A DNA stretch of 64,000 nt from an uncultured Ignavibacteriales bacterium (GCA_964461265.1 CAYWTS010000002.1:141030-205029); one strand, 5' to 3'; numbered from the stretch's first letter, positions 47,815 through 58,224 are shown. Notes: generated from the sequence alone by a model not told the origin. Program-made: numbers and translations.

Positions 47815-48753
47815 ATGTCACGTGCAGAGATAGATATCTTCGCAGGAAGAAATTCTCTTTATCTGGGAAAACAGATTTGCAGACAATTTCACAGACCTTT
47901 AGGTAAATGCAAAATCGTGAATTTCAGCGATAATGAAATTTGGGTGAAATATAACGAAAATATCCGCGGAAAAAATGTATACCTGGTGCAGTCTACAAAT
48001 CCCCCTTCGGAAAACCTTATGGAGCTGCTTATTATGATTGATGCTGCTGTAAGAGCTTCTGCAAGACATATTACAGCTGTTATTCCTTATTTCGGATATG
48101 CAAGGCAGGACAGAAAAGACCAGCCCAGAGTTGCTATTACTGCCAAACTTATTGCAAATCTTTTAACTACAGCAGGCGCCGACAGAATTATTACTATGGA
48201 CCTTCATGCGCCGCAGGTTCAGGGATTTTTCGATATACCTGTCGACCATCTTTACTGCTCGGTGCTGCTGATTAAATATTTTAAAAAGCTCCGCCTAAAA
48301 AATCTTGCAGTTGCCGCACCCGATGTAGGCGGAACCAAACGCGCAAGGGTTTACTCGAAAGAACTTAATGCCGATTTGATACTAATAGATAAACGTAGAC
48401 CAAAACCAAATGAAGCTGAAGTTATGAACATTATCGGTAATGTTAAGAGCAAAAACGTTCTTATAATAGATGACCTTATAGACACAGCAAATACATTTAT
48501 TGCAGCAGTTGAAGCACTTAAAAAAGCCGGAGCAAAAGATATTTACGGAGCAGCAACGCACCCTATACTTTCGGGACGTGCATTGCAAAAAATAGAACGC
48601 TCAAGCCTTAAAAAGCTTGTTATGTCAAATACGATACCTATGCTTTCAAAATCAAATAAAATAGAAATAATAGACGTTTCAGGTCTGTTTGCATCGGCAA
48701 TCATAAGAACCAATGAAAACCAGTCAATTAGCTCATTATTTAAGGTAGAATAA
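47815..48753 (+). CDS. prs: ribose-phosphate pyrophosphokinase
   Basis: 312 aa. DLHAPQVQGFFDIPVD and PRPP loop LIIDDLIDTANT. Confidence 0.96.
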   Translation: MSRAEIDIFAGRNSLYLGKQICRQFHRPLGKCKIVNFSDNEIWVKYNENIRGKNVYLVQSTNPPSENLMELLIMIDAAVRASARHITAVIPYFGYARQDRKDQPRVAITAKLIANLLTTAGADRIITMDLHAPQVQGFFDIPVDHLYCSVLLIKYFKKLRLKNLAVAAPDVGGTKRARVYSKELNADLILIDKRRPKPNEAEVMNIIGNVKSKNVLIIDDLIDTANTFIAAVEALKKAGAKDIYGAATHPILSGRALQKIERSSLKKLVMSNTIPMLSKSNKIEIIDVSGLFASAIIRTNENQSISSLFKVE

Positions 48754-48892
48754 AGAATAAATTAAATTCAAACACCCTTATAAGTAAATATTTACCGCAT
48801 AAGTCTTTTAAATTATCTTGAAAATAGCTCACTATTATGCTAATTTAGCAGTGAATTTTAATCCACAACTAACTCAAAAGGAGGCTTAGAAA

Positions 48893-49315
48893 ATGTCTGA
48901 AGAAAGAGGAATGGCTAAAGGTTTGTTCCTTGGTTTTCTTGCCGGCGGAATTGTTGGCGGAATTATTGCACTTCTGTATGCTCCTAAAAGCGGCAAGGAA
49001 TTCCGTGCCGACTTAAAACTGAAGAAAGACGAATTCATCGACGATGCCGAAGAATATCTTGATATTGCCAAACACAAAGCACAGGATATCATTAACGAAG
49101 GCAAAAAGAAATCCGAAGAACTGATCTCCGAAGCCAAAAAGAAAGCCAGCACTTTGCTGGGTGATGCTAACAAAATCTTATCATCGGCAAAAGAAAAAAC
49201 CGTAACAGGTTATGAATCTGCAAAAGAGAAAATAACTGAAGAATCCGGCAGGCTCAAAGATGCTATTAAGGCAGGAGTAGAAGCGTACAAAGAAGAAAGA
49301 AATAAAACAACCTGA
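48893..49315 (+). CDS. YtxH-domain protein
   Basis: 140 aa. GFLAGGIVGGIIALLYAPKSGKEFR followed by a Lys/Glu-rich helical tail. Preceded by AAGGAGG. Confidence 0.75.
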   Translation: MSEERGMAKGLFLGFLAGGIVGGIIALLYAPKSGKEFRADLKLKKDEFIDDAEEYLDIAKHKAQDIINEGKKKSEELISEAKKKASTLLGDANKILSSAKEKTVTGYESAKEKITEESGRLKDAIKAGVEAYKEERNKTT

Positions 49316-49333
49316 ACCTGATAAACTAGATCT

Positions 49334-49834
49334 ATGGAATCACTGGAATTAATTTCTAAAATTGCGCTGATAGCTTTATTTGCTGCATTAACCGTATTAT
49401 GTATTTACGTTATTGTATCACTGAGGAAGCTGACAAGTGCTTTACAGAATATAGAGCATAATGTAGAAGATATCAGTGAGAAACTCAGCCCTGTTCTTGA
49501 AAATGCTGCTGTGGTTTCATCGAACTTGAAAGAGATTACAACCGGTGCAAAAGTCCAGGTTGAAAAACTCGGCTCGGTGGTAGACTCGGTTAAAGACACA
49601 GCCGATTCTATCATCGAGCTTGAACAAAAGGCGCAGAAGCAGATTGAAGGTCATGTTTTTGATATTCTCAACCTTATCTCTTCAATTTCAAAGGGAGTAA
49701 AAACTTTTTTAACAACTCTTAAACGAACAAACGGAAGCTCAAGCCAGCCTGCTAAACATCTTGGAGAAGAGGGAAAAACTGGCAGACACCTGAAGTCGTA
49801 TTCGCCTTTGGACTCTTCGGAAGAAGAATTTTAA
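49334..49834 (+). CDS. DUF948-like membrane-anchored coiled-coil protein
   Basis: 166 aa. N-terminal TM helix, then a helical region. Pairing with a YtxH gene mirrors the ytxG-ytxH arrangement in Bacillus. Confidence 0.45.
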   Translation: MESLELISKIALIALFAALTVLCIYVIVSLRKLTSALQNIEHNVEDISEKLSPVLENAAVVSSNLKEITTGAKVQVEKLGSVVDSVKDTADSIIELEQKAQKQIEGHVFDILNLISSISKGVKTFLTTLKRTNGSSSQPAKHLGEEGKTGRHLKSYSPLDSSEEEF

Positions 49835-49891
49835 ATACCATCTGAAATATTAATTTATTATAAATTATCCTACAGATAAGGGGAAATTATT

Positions 49892-51988
49892 TTGAGCAAT
49901 TTAACTTCGGATAAAATCCGCAACATTGTATTGGCGGGCCACGGCGGCTCGGGAAAAACCATACTCGGTGAGTCAATTCTATGGTGTACGGGAGCAACTA
50001 CGCGATTCGGCAGAATTGAAGAAGGAACAACCGTATCTGATTACAGCAAAGATGAAATATCACGCCAGATTTCAATAAATTCCACAGTAATTTCTACATC
50101 CCTCAATGGAATTAAATACAATATTATTGATACTCCCGGCTATACCGATTTCACAGGTTCTGTAAAAGCTGCAATGAAAGTTATGGATACCGCCATAATA
50201 GTCGTGAATTCGGTCGAAGGCGTGGAAGTGGGCACCGAGATAGCCGTAAACTATGCAAAGGAATTCGGACTCGAAATTTTATTTGTCATAAATAAAATAG
50301 ATTATGAGAATTCAAAATTCGATAACACCATTTCACAGTTAAAAGATTATTACGGCAACCATGTAGCTGAAATCCAGTTCCCGGTAAATGAAGGATTGGG
50401 CTTTGATAGCTTTGTAGATATTATCAAAATGAAAAAACTTAAGTTTAAAAAAGATACTAAGAGTGAATATAGCGAAGAAGAAATACCTGAAAATCTGAGA
50501 GAAAAAGCACAAAAACTTCACCAGGAGCTTGTAGAGCTGGTTGCCGAAGAAGATGATGAACTTATGAACAAATTCTTTGAACAAGGCGGCACACTTACAG
50601 AGCGTGAACTGATAATAGGACTTGCATCTGCAATTAAACATAAGAAAATTCTTCCCGTGCTTTGTACAGCTGCCTTGCACAATATCGGAACATCTACGTT
50701 AACAGAATTTATTGAGAATTATTGTCCTTCACCGCAGGACAGCGAAAGATTCACGGGCAGAATAACAGGTACCGATAAAACTTTCGAAGTAGAACATAAT
50801 CCTAACGGCGAACCGCTGGTTTTTATTTTTAAATCGGTTTCAGAGCCTCACGTAGGCGAACTTTCTTTTTTCAGGGTTCTTTCAGGAACATTAACACCGG
50901 GAATAGACCTAATAAACCAAAAAAACGGTAAAGTTGAACGCCTTATGCAGTTATACCAGATGAACGGTAAAAACAGAAGAGAGCTGCAAATGGTTTGTGC
51001 TGGCGATATTGCTGCTGTAGTTAAATTAAAAGATACTCACGTAAATAACACGCTTGCAAGTAAAAATCTCAGTATTACAATCGACCCAATTGTTTTCCCA
51101 GAACCTCTTGCCTCAAATGCCATTACCCCGAAAGCAAAAGGTGATGAGGATAAAATTGCATCGGGATTAAGCCACTTACATGAAGAAGACCCGACTTTCC
51201 TTTATAGCTACAATCCCGAGCTTGCACAAACTATAATAAGCGGACAAGGTGAGCTGCACCTGAACATCATCATTAACCGGTTGAAAGAAAAATACGGTGT
51301 AGACGTAAATGTAATTGAGCCCAAAATTCCTTACAGGGAAACAATAAAGGGAAAATGCGAAAGCTCGGAATACAAACACAAAAAACAAACAGGCGGTCAC
51401 GGACAATACGGACATGTGTTCTTGCGTCTTGAACCCCTGCCACGAGGAACAGGCTTTGAATTTGTTGACGAAATAGTCGGGGGGGTGATTCCTGGGAAAT
51501 ATATACCCGCTGTTGAAAAAGGTATTAAAGAAGCTATGCTAAAAGGTCCTGTTGCAGGTTATCCCGTTGTTGATGTTAAGGTAACGGTTCATTACGGTTC
51601 TTACCATGATGTTGATTCTTCGGAAATGGCATTCAAAATCGCCTCAGCAATGGCTTTTAAAAAAGGATTTATGGAAGCAAAACCTGTTATGCTTGAGCCT
51701 ATATATGAGCTTGAAGTGATTGTTCCGGAAGAATATATGGGTGACGTAATGGGTGATATTTCTTCAAGAAGGGGCAAGATATCGGGAATGGACCACAGCG
51801 GAAAGCTTCAGGTAATTAAAGCGACCGTTCCGCTTGCCGAGCTGCACAATTATGCAACAAAACTCAGGTCATTCACGCAGGGACGCGGAATATTCAGACG
51901 AAGATTTTCGCATTATGATGAGATTCCCAGAGAAATAGAATCAAAAATTATTACCGAAGCACAAAAGGAAGCTGAAAAAGAAAAATAA
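49892..51988 (+). CDS. elongation factor G paralog (EF-G2 type)
   Basis: 698 aa with a TTG start. G1 is GHGGSGKT (as in Thermus EF-G-2 GHAGSGKT) rather than AHIDAGKTT. DTPG and NKID are present, and all five EF-G domains are apparent. Confidence 0.85.
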   Translation: MSNLTSDKIRNIVLAGHGGSGKTILGESILWCTGATTRFGRIEEGTTVSDYSKDEISRQISINSTVISTSLNGIKYNIIDTPGYTDFTGSVKAAMKVMDTAIIVVNSVEGVEVGTEIAVNYAKEFGLEILFVINKIDYENSKFDNTISQLKDYYGNHVAEIQFPVNEGLGFDSFVDIIKMKKLKFKKDTKSEYSEEEIPENLREKAQKLHQELVELVAEEDDELMNKFFEQGGTLTERELIIGLASAIKHKKILPVLCTAALHNIGTSTLTEFIENYCPSPQDSERFTGRITGTDKTFEVEHNPNGEPLVFIFKSVSEPHVGELSFFRVLSGTLTPGIDLINQKNGKVERLMQLYQMNGKNRRELQMVCAGDIAAVVKLKDTHVNNTLASKNLSITIDPIVFPEPLASNAITPKAKGDEDKIASGLSHLHEEDPTFLYSYNPELAQTIISGQGELHLNIIINRLKEKYGVDVNVIEPKIPYRETIKGKCESSEYKHKKQTGGHGQYGHVFLRLEPLPRGTGFEFVDEIVGGVIPGKYIPAVEKGIKEAMLKGPVAGYPVVDVKVTVHYGSYHDVDSSEMAFKIASAMAFKKGFMEAKPVMLEPIYELEVIVPEEYMGDVMGDISSRRGKISGMDHSGKLQVIKATVPLAELHNYATKLRSFTQGRGIFRRRFSHYDEIPREIESKIITEAQKEAEKEK

Positions 51989-52006
51989 TTTTACTTATAC
52001 CAAATA

Positions 52007-52513
52007 ATGGATAAACTCTGGTCTCCATGGCGTTCAAAATATATCGAGTCATTTAAACCGGGTGCTGAGAAAGTTAAGGATTGTCTTTTCTGCATGGTTA
52101 TAAAAGAAAACAATGATGAAAAGAACCTGATATTATATAGAGGAATCACTGCATATATTATTATGAATTTGTTTCCGTATAATTCAGGACATTTGATGAT
52201 AGTACCGTATAAACATACGCGTACACTTAATGAACTTGATGATGCAACTAATCTGGAATGTATTAAACTTATTAATCTTGGATGCGAAGCACTTAATAAA
52301 ACAATATTCCCCCACGGATTTAACATAGGTATAAATATCAGCAGATGTTCCGGCGCAGGCATCGAAGACCATATACATTATCACGTTGTCCCGAGATGGG
52401 AAGGCGACACCAATTTTATGCCTGTGCTGAATGATGTAAAAATTGTATCGGATTTAATAGAAGAAAACTACAGGAAGCTGAAAGAAGCTGTTGATAGTCT
52501 TCAGAATATTTAA
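52007..52513 (+). CDS. HIT-family nucleotide hydrolase/phosphorylase
   Basis: 168 aa with histidine triad HIHYHVVPR. Confidence 0.85.
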   Translation: MDKLWSPWRSKYIESFKPGAEKVKDCLFCMVIKENNDEKNLILYRGITAYIIMNLFPYNSGHLMIVPYKHTRTLNELDDATNLECIKLINLGCEALNKTIFPHGFNIGINISRCSGAGIEDHIHYHVVPRWEGDTNFMPVLNDVKIVSDLIEENYRKLKEAVDSLQNI

Positions 52514-52659
52514 TTAACTCAAGTTGATCGTTTTGTTTGATAATTATAATAATAATATATTTATTAACCCACGACTTCAGTCGTGGGATCAAGCTAAAAT
52601 ATTGATTAATAACCGTTTCAACGGTTTTTGTACATAAAGCGGTCAACTTGAGTAATTAA
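52511..52659. repeat. 149-nt element bounded by ~20-nt imperfect inverted repeats, enclosing two hairpins
   Basis: TAATTAACTCAAGTTGATCG (52511-52530) pairs with CGGTCAACTTGAGTAATTAA (52640-52659), with 1 bulge and 1 G-U. Inside are CCCACGACT/AGTCGTGGG (52568-52587) and AACCGTT/AACGGTT followed by a T-run (52611-52629). Confidence 0.6.
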
Positions 52660-52955
52660 AACAATTTTATACCTAACACCTAATAGTAGCCAGCATAAAC
52701 GCTCTTAAAATTCAAATTACAAAAACCAAATTTCAAAGTAAATCAAAAGTTCAAATGCTTAATTTCAGAAACGTAACTTTTTCTAATTAGTTTTGAAATT
52801 TGATTTTGATTATACTTTGGTTTTTAAACTATAGACTTTGAACTTAGCACTGCTTTAATTTTCCCTGAAAATTTAGTAAATTTGTGATTATCATTCATTA
52901 AAACTACAAAAATCTTTAAGACTTTTGTAGTTTTCAGTGAGTTTTTAGGATTTTT

Positions 52956-53027
52956 GCTCCCATCGACTAGTGGTTAGGTCACCACCCTTTCAAGGTGGTA
53001 GCACGGGTTCGAACCCCGTTGGGAGCG
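52956..53027 (+). tRNA. tRNA-Glu (anticodon UUC)
   Basis: 72 nt. Acceptor GCTCCCA/TGGGAGC, anticodon stem CCACC/GGTGG, loop CTTTCAA, T-arm CACGGGTTCGAACCCCGT. Confidence 0.93.
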
Positions 53028-53070
53028 CGAGTTGTTTTAAGATCTACGGGATTTTAGATTTTAAAACACC

Positions 53071-53102
53071 AAACCCGGTTATGAAAAATAATCGGGTTTT
53101 TT
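53071..53102. terminator. bidirectional terminator candidate (tRNA-Glu / PiT)
   Basis: 12-bp stem AAACCCGGTTAT/ATAATCGGGTTT (one G-U), loop GAAAA, T-run on the plus strand. Confidence 0.65.
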
Positions 53103-53129
53103 ATGTAGTGTCAGGCTTGGAATGGCATG

Positions 53130-54119
53130 CTACAAAAACAAACTAATCAGAAAATACGCCAGTGCTCCGCAAAGGGCTGAAACCGGAATAGTTAAAATCC
53201 ATGCCCAGATTATTCTTCCGGCTATTCCCCAACGGACTGCTGTTAACCTTTTAACTGAGCCTACACCCATAATCGAGCCGGAAATAGTATGTGTTGTGCT
53301 TACAGGTATACCTGCAAGTGAAGTACCTATCAGTACGGTTGCCCCTGCGAGTTCGGCACAAAAGCCACCGACAGGTCTTAAATGAGTTAACTTCATTCCC
53401 ATTGTTTTAATGACTTTCCATCCGCCGGCTAAGGTACCTAAACCTATCGAAGCATGTGAAATAAGAACAACCCAGAACGGAACATAAAAGTCACTACCAA
53501 GAAATCCGCTTGTAAAAAGTAAAATTGAAATTATTCCCATTGTCTTTTGAGCATCGTTTGTCCCATGCCCAAGGCTGAATGCTGCGGATGAAACAAGCTG
53601 TCCGACTCTGAATATCTTATCAACTTTTCTGCCTTTCGAATTCCTAAAGAGCCAGGATACTCCCAGCATTAATAGAATACCGAGCAGCATACCTATCAAA
53701 GGAGAAAGAACAATAAAAAAAACAACCTTTAATAATCCGCCTGCTATTAACGAGCCAAATCCTGCTTTAAGTATCGCTGAACCGGATAAACCTCCAATCA
53801 GAGCATGTGAAACACTAATCGGAAGTCCAAACTTAGTGCACAGATGTGTCCATATTATGGCACCGATTAAAGCTGATAAAATCAGATACTGATCTACAAC
53901 AAAGGTTTCAATAATGCCTTTGCCTATTGTATTTGCAACATGAACACCAAACCCGAAAGCAGCGACAAAATTAAAAAAAGCTGCCCACGCAACAGCAAGT
54001 TTCGGGTTCAACACCCTGGTAGCAACAACAGTAGCTATAGAATTAGCTGCATCATTCATACCATTAAGAAAATCAAACAACAAAGCAATAATAATAATGA
54101 CTAATGTAAGCTCGAACAT
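53130..54119 (-). CDS. inorganic phosphate transporter, PiT family
   Basis: 329 aa, polytopic. Duplicated GxNDxAN motifs (NGMNDAANSIAT; GHGTNDAQKTMG). Confidence 0.93.
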   Translation of the reverse strand: MFELTLVIIIIALLFDFLNGMNDAANSIATVVATRVLNPKLAVAWAAFFNFVAAFGFGVHVANTIGKGIIETFVVDQYLILSALIGAIIWTHLCTKFGLPISVSHALIGGLSGSAILKAGFGSLIAGGLLKVVFFIVLSPLIGMLLGILLMLGVSWLFRNSKGRKVDKIFRVGQLVSSAAFSLGHGTNDAQKTMGIISILLFTSGFLGSDFYVPFWVVLISHASIGLGTLAGGWKVIKTMGMKLTHLRPVGGFCAELAGATVLIGTSLAGIPVSTTHTISGSIMGVGSVKRLTAVRWGIAGRIIWAWILTIPVSALCGALAYFLISLFL

Positions 54120-54129
54120 CCTCTATAAA

Positions 54130-54747
54130 TTAAACCTGTTTGATTAAAATGCTTTCCATTACAAGTGTAGTATGCTGGCAGCGGTCAACAGCTTTTTCTA
54201 TTATTTCAAGTATTTCTTTTTCCTTAATCAGTTCTATTGCATCTTTTTGCTTTTTAAAAAGCTGCAGCAATGCCTCTCTGAAAACTTCATCCCCTTCGGT
54301 TTCCAGATTCCTGATAGCAATAATTTTTTGCATACTGACTTTATGATCCTGAAGCTTTTCTATTATTTCTACTATAAGTTTCATTTGTGAAAGCAGTATT
54401 TCCGATAGCTGTGGACCAAAACCTGACGGATGCTTTATATTATAAATATTAAGGCGGGTTGCAATTGTATCGATACTGTCTACAATATCATCAAGTGCAT
54501 TGGCTAGCATATAAATATCTTCCCTATCGATTGGCGTTAAAAATGTTTCATTAAGTTCATTGATAATTGTATGCGTAAATTCATCACATTTATTTTCTAT
54601 GATGTGAATTTGGGTTGCAAGTTCAGCCAGCAGGTTCAAATTCCCGAACATCTCATGTAACAGTTCGGTAGCTGTAAGTATGTTTTCAGCAAGTTCTGAA
54701 AGCAGTTTAAAAAATTTATCCTGCTTCGGTAAAAACTTTTTTAGCAT
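54130..54747 (-). CDS. DUF47 (PhoU-like, TIGR00153) PiT accessory protein
   Basis: 205 aa, all-helical. Canonical position immediately upstream of PiT. Confidence 0.8.
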   Translation of the reverse strand: MLKKFLPKQDKFFKLLSELAENILTATELLHEMFGNLNLLAELATQIHIIENKCDEFTHTIINELNETFLTPIDREDIYMLANALDDIVDSIDTIATRLNIYNIKHPSGFGPQLSEILLSQMKLIVEIIEKLQDHKVSMQKIIAIRNLETEGDEVFREALLQLFKKQKDAIELIKEKEILEIIEKAVDRCQHTTLVMESILIKQV

Positions 54748-54796
54748 ATTTTGTAATGTTAAATTTTGGTTTGATTTATTAAGAGGAGAGCGTAAC

Positions 54797-54824
54797 TGTT
54801 AAATTACAGTTACAATTGTGTTAA
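54797..54824 (-). promoter_or_regulatory. Pho-box-like direct repeats upstream of the DUF47-PiT pair
   Basis: Gene-strand reading TTAACAcaatt GTAACTgtaat TTAACA. Hexamers start at 54797, 54808 and 54819, exactly 11 nt apart. Confidence 0.5.
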
Positions 54825-54910
54825 AATCGTGTTTAGTTGTAAAAAATGAAATGCTTTTTCTTGTTTCTTTACAGTGGAGTTACGAGTGTAACAAACGTAA
54901 AAATAACTAA

Positions 54911-55591
54911 TTACTGAGTATCTTCGGGATGGAAATCCTCAGTTTTATGGCGGATAATTTCACCGGTGCACAGGTACACCACATCCTCAGCTATATTTGT
55001 TGCTGAATCGGCAATCCTTTCAAGATTTTTTGAAATTGTGCGTACACTAAAAAAGTCTTTAATTCTATTGGGTACTTTTTCCATAGCATTAATAGTATGC
55101 TTTAAAATTTGCTTGTTTAATGCATCAATTTCATCATCAGCTTCCAGTACTTCCTTAGCAAGCACCACATCGGTATTCACCAGTGAATCAAGGCTTTTTT
55201 TAACCATTGATTGGACTTTCTCAGCAGCTATTTTAAGCTCAGGCAGTAATTCAATCTTTTCTTTTCTGGAAAGGTATTTAGCACGTTTTGATATACCAAC
55301 AGCAAGATCTCCCATACGTTCCAGGTCATTGTTCATTTTTAATACAGCAACCACAAACCTAAGTTCTTTAGCAACAGGCTGGTATAAAGCGAGTATTTTA
55401 AGGCACTCTTCTTCTATAACAATTTCAAGCGAGTCAATTTCTTTATCTTTTAAAACGACCTCGTCTGCAAGCTTGGCATCTCTGCGTTCAAGTGCCAGCA
55501 TAGAACGCATTATCTGTTCTTCTACAATAGCACCCAGGCTCAACAAGAGCTTCTTAAGATTATCTATTTCTCTTTGCCAGTAATGTAACAT
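54911..55591 (-). CDS. phoU: phosphate signalling complex protein PhoU
   Basis: 226 aa. Two PhoU repeats with the ERxGD motif (NNDLERMGDLA; SKNLERIADSA). Confidence 0.93.
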   Translation of the reverse strand: MLHYWQREIDNLKKLLLSLGAIVEEQIMRSMLALERRDAKLADEVVLKDKEIDSLEIVIEEECLKILALYQPVAKELRFVVAVLKMNNDLERMGDLAVGISKRAKYLSRKEKIELLPELKIAAEKVQSMVKKSLDSLVNTDVVLAKEVLEADDEIDALNKQILKHTINAMEKVPNRIKDFFSVRTISKNLERIADSATNIAEDVVYLCTGEIIRHKTEDFHPEDTQ

Positions 55592-55600
55592 TTTTTTACC

Positions 55601-55620
55601 ATTCCTGCGAAAGCAGGAAT
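55601..55620. other. GC-rich hairpin ATTCCTGC-GAAA-GCAGGAAT between pstB and phoU
   Basis: 8-bp perfect stem with a GNRA loop. No U-run follows on the coding (minus) strand. Confidence 0.7.
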
Positions 55621-55710
55621 TTAATTCGATAATTATTGTAAGTTAACTTAAAAAATTTTTTTAACCTCTGAACAACACTTTAAAACCTCTTAATTAGTCC
55701 TGTTATTATT

Positions 55711-56475
55711 TTAACCAAACTTCCCTGTTATATAATCTTCGGTCTGCTTCAGGTCGGGATTAGTGAATATTTTCTCAGTAGCTCCAAACTCAATCAGTTT
55801 GCCTTCATAAAAAAATGCCGTAAAATCCGAAACACGTGCAGCCTGCTGCATATTATGCGTAACTATAACAATTGTATATTCTTTTCTCAATTCAGAAATC
55901 AGGTCCTCTATTCTGGCAGTCGATTTTGGATCGAGAGCTGATGCAGGTTCATCCATTAAAACAATCTCGGGTTCAATTGCCAAAGCACGGGCAATACACA
56001 GTCTTTGCTGCTGACCCCCTGAAAGTCCAAGTGCATTACTGCTCAGCCTGTCTTTAACTTCATCCCATAATGCAGCACGTTTGAGGCTGTTTTCAACGAT
56101 TTCGGTCAGCTTATTCTTATCATTTATACCGTGAATACGCGGTCCATACGCTATATTCTCGAATACTGATTTGGGAAATGGATTCGATTTCTGGAATATC
56201 ATCCCTACTTTTTTACGCAGCTGAACAACATCGTTCGAAGGGTCGTAAATATTTTGTCCGTCAATCAATATTGTTCCGTTCAATCTAGTACTATCAATAA
56301 TATCGTTCATCCTGTTCAGTGAGCGTATAAAAGTAGATTTTCCGCATCCTGAAGGACCTATCAAAGCAGTTACCTGCTGAGTGGGTATGTTCATATTAAT
56401 GTTGAACAAAGCCTGTGTGTGACCATAGTAAAAATCAACATTTTTTACAACTATTTTTATGTTACCCGTTTCCAA
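55711..56475 (-). CDS. pstB: phosphate ABC transporter ATP-binding protein
   Basis: 254 aa. [18 protein letters not shown]. Confidence 0.97.
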   Translation of the reverse strand: METGNIKIVVKNVDFYYGHTQALFNINMNIPTQQVTALIGPSGCGKSTFIRSLNRMNDIIDSTRLNGTILIDGQNIYDPSNDVVQLRKKVGMIFQKSNPFPKSVFENIAYGPRIHGINDKNKLTEIVENSLKRAALWDEVKDRLSSNALGLSGGQQQRLCIARALAIEPEIVLMDEPASALDPKSTARIEDLISELRKEYTIVIVTHNMQQAARVSDFTAFFYEGKLIEFGATEKIFTNPDLKQTEDYITGKFG

Positions 56476-56481
56476 AATTTT

Positions 56482-57336
56482 TTACCATTTATATTTTTTT
56501 CTGACACGAATTCTTAAAATTATAGCAAGCAAATTAAGTCCTACAACAAGGATTAGCAAAACAAGAGCTGTCCCGTATTGCATGGGCAGAATTTTCTGAG
56601 CTTCAGGATGCTGTGTGGCAAGTATAAAGAGATGATATGGCAGAGCCATCACCTGGTCGAATATAGATGAAGGTAGGCTTGGCAGAAAAAAAGCTGCAGC
56701 CGTAAGTAAAATGGGAGCAGTTTCACCTGCCGCCCTGCCTACGCCAAGTATTGAGCCCGTCAGCATTCCGGGCAGAGCGTACGGCAGCACGTTTTTGTAA
56801 ATAGTTTGCCACTTGGTTGCACCAAGCGCAAGACTGCCCTCACGCATGTATTGAGGTACTGCTTTAAGTGCTTCCTCGCTCGAAACTATAATTGTTGGCA
56901 GTATCATACATGCAAGCGTAATACTTCCGGCAAGTATCGAAGCCCCAAAACCGAAAAATATTACAAATAGCCCGAGCCCGAATAAACCGAAAACAATAGA
57001 CGGTACACCTGCAAGTGTAACAATAGCAAGTCTTATTACTTGCGTTAACTTAGTATGTTTCGCATATTCTGTTAAATAAATTGCACTGAACATTCCTAGC
57101 GGAAGTGCTACGGCTATAGTTCCTAATACGAGATAAAGAGTTCCTATAATGGCAGGGAATATGCCTCCCTCCGCGCCGCTTTTGCTCGGTTCACCAGTCA
57201 AAAATTCCCAGTTTATTACAGGCAGTCCTTTTAAAATAATATCAAGAAGAATATACGCAATTGCTACCACAACAATGTAAGTAACCAGCCTCATTATCCA
57301 GTATATAATATTTTCTCGAAAGCGTTTATTTTTCAT
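56482..57336 (-). CDS. pstA: phosphate ABC transporter permease PstA
   Basis: 284 aa with an ABC permease EAA-type loop (EGSLALGATKWQT). Confidence 0.93.
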   Translation of the reverse strand: MKNKRFRENIIYWIMRLVTYIVVVAIAYILLDIILKGLPVINWEFLTGEPSKSGAEGGIFPAIIGTLYLVLGTIAVALPLGMFSAIYLTEYAKHTKLTQVIRLAIVTLAGVPSIVFGLFGLGLFVIFFGFGASILAGSITLACMILPTIIVSSEEALKAVPQYMREGSLALGATKWQTIYKNVLPYALPGMLTGSILGVGRAAGETAPILLTAAAFFLPSLPSSIFDQVMALPYHLFILATQHPEAQKILPMQYGTALVLLILVVGLNLLAIILRIRVRKKYKW

Positions 57337-58207
57337 ATATACCGTATTTCTTTAATACTTTATATGAAACCATATTTAATATGAAGGTAGCAATCAGCAA
57401 AATTATACCTACCCAGAATAATGCCATGTAGTGATTGCTGCCAAACGTTACTTCACCCATTTCGGCAGCTATAGTAGCAGTCATAGTCCGCATCGAAGAA
57501 AGAGGATTAATGGTAACAACAGCGGCGTTACCGGTAACCATCAGCACAGCCATGGTTTCGCCGATAACGCGGCCCATACCTAACATTATTGCTGCGATAA
57601 TACCTGATAAAGCAGCTGGAACTGTAACTTTCCATATAGTTTTCAGTTTACTTGCACCCAATGCAAGCGATGCTTCCTTATAAGCAAACGGAACAGCTTT
57701 AATTGCATCTTCAGATATTGAAATAATGGTTGGTATTGCCATGAAAGCAAGCAGTATAGCACCTGTTAAGCCGTTCAGTCCGCTGTTTAATCCGAAAATA
57801 TTTTTAATAAGAGGTGCAAGCACTACAAGCCCGAAAAAGCCGAGAACAACTGACGGTATTCCTGCAAGTATTTCAATGAATGGTTTAAGGAATTCACGCT
57901 CTTTGCTTGAAGCAACCTCCGAAATATAAACTGCTCCCACAATTCCAAAAGGTATGGCTATTAAGGTTCCAAGAAGCGTTACAACAACTGAGCCGGTTAT
58001 AAGCGGAAAGATACCGAATTGTTCTTTTTGAAATGATACGGGTATCCAGTTTGAATTAAACAGTTCCCCGATACCCGGTGACCAGATAAAAGGAAAAGCC
58101 TCACGGAAGAGAAAGAGAAAAATTAAAATAACTATTACAATCGATATATAACCGCACGATAATAAAAACAGCCTTATAGCTTTATCTTTCCATAGTTCCC
58201 TTTTCAT
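57326..58207 (-). CDS. pstC: phosphate ABC transporter permease PstC
   Basis: 293 aa (KEASLALGASKLKTIWKV). 11-nt overlap with pstA. Confidence 0.93.
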   Translation of the reverse strand: MKRELWKDKAIRLFLLSCGYISIVIVILIFLFLFREAFPFIWSPGIGELFNSNWIPVSFQKEQFGIFPLITGSVVVTLLGTLIAIPFGIVGAVYISEVASSKEREFLKPFIEILAGIPSVVLGFFGLVVLAPLIKNIFGLNSGLNGLTGAILLAFMAIPTIISISEDAIKAVPFAYKEASLALGASKLKTIWKVTVPAALSGIIAAIMLGMGRVIGETMAVLMVTGNAAVVTINPLSSMRTMTATIAAEMGEVTFGSNHYMALFWVGIILLIATFILNMVSYKVLKKYGIYEK

Positions 58208-58224
58208 CAGCGTTTCTTTAAATT

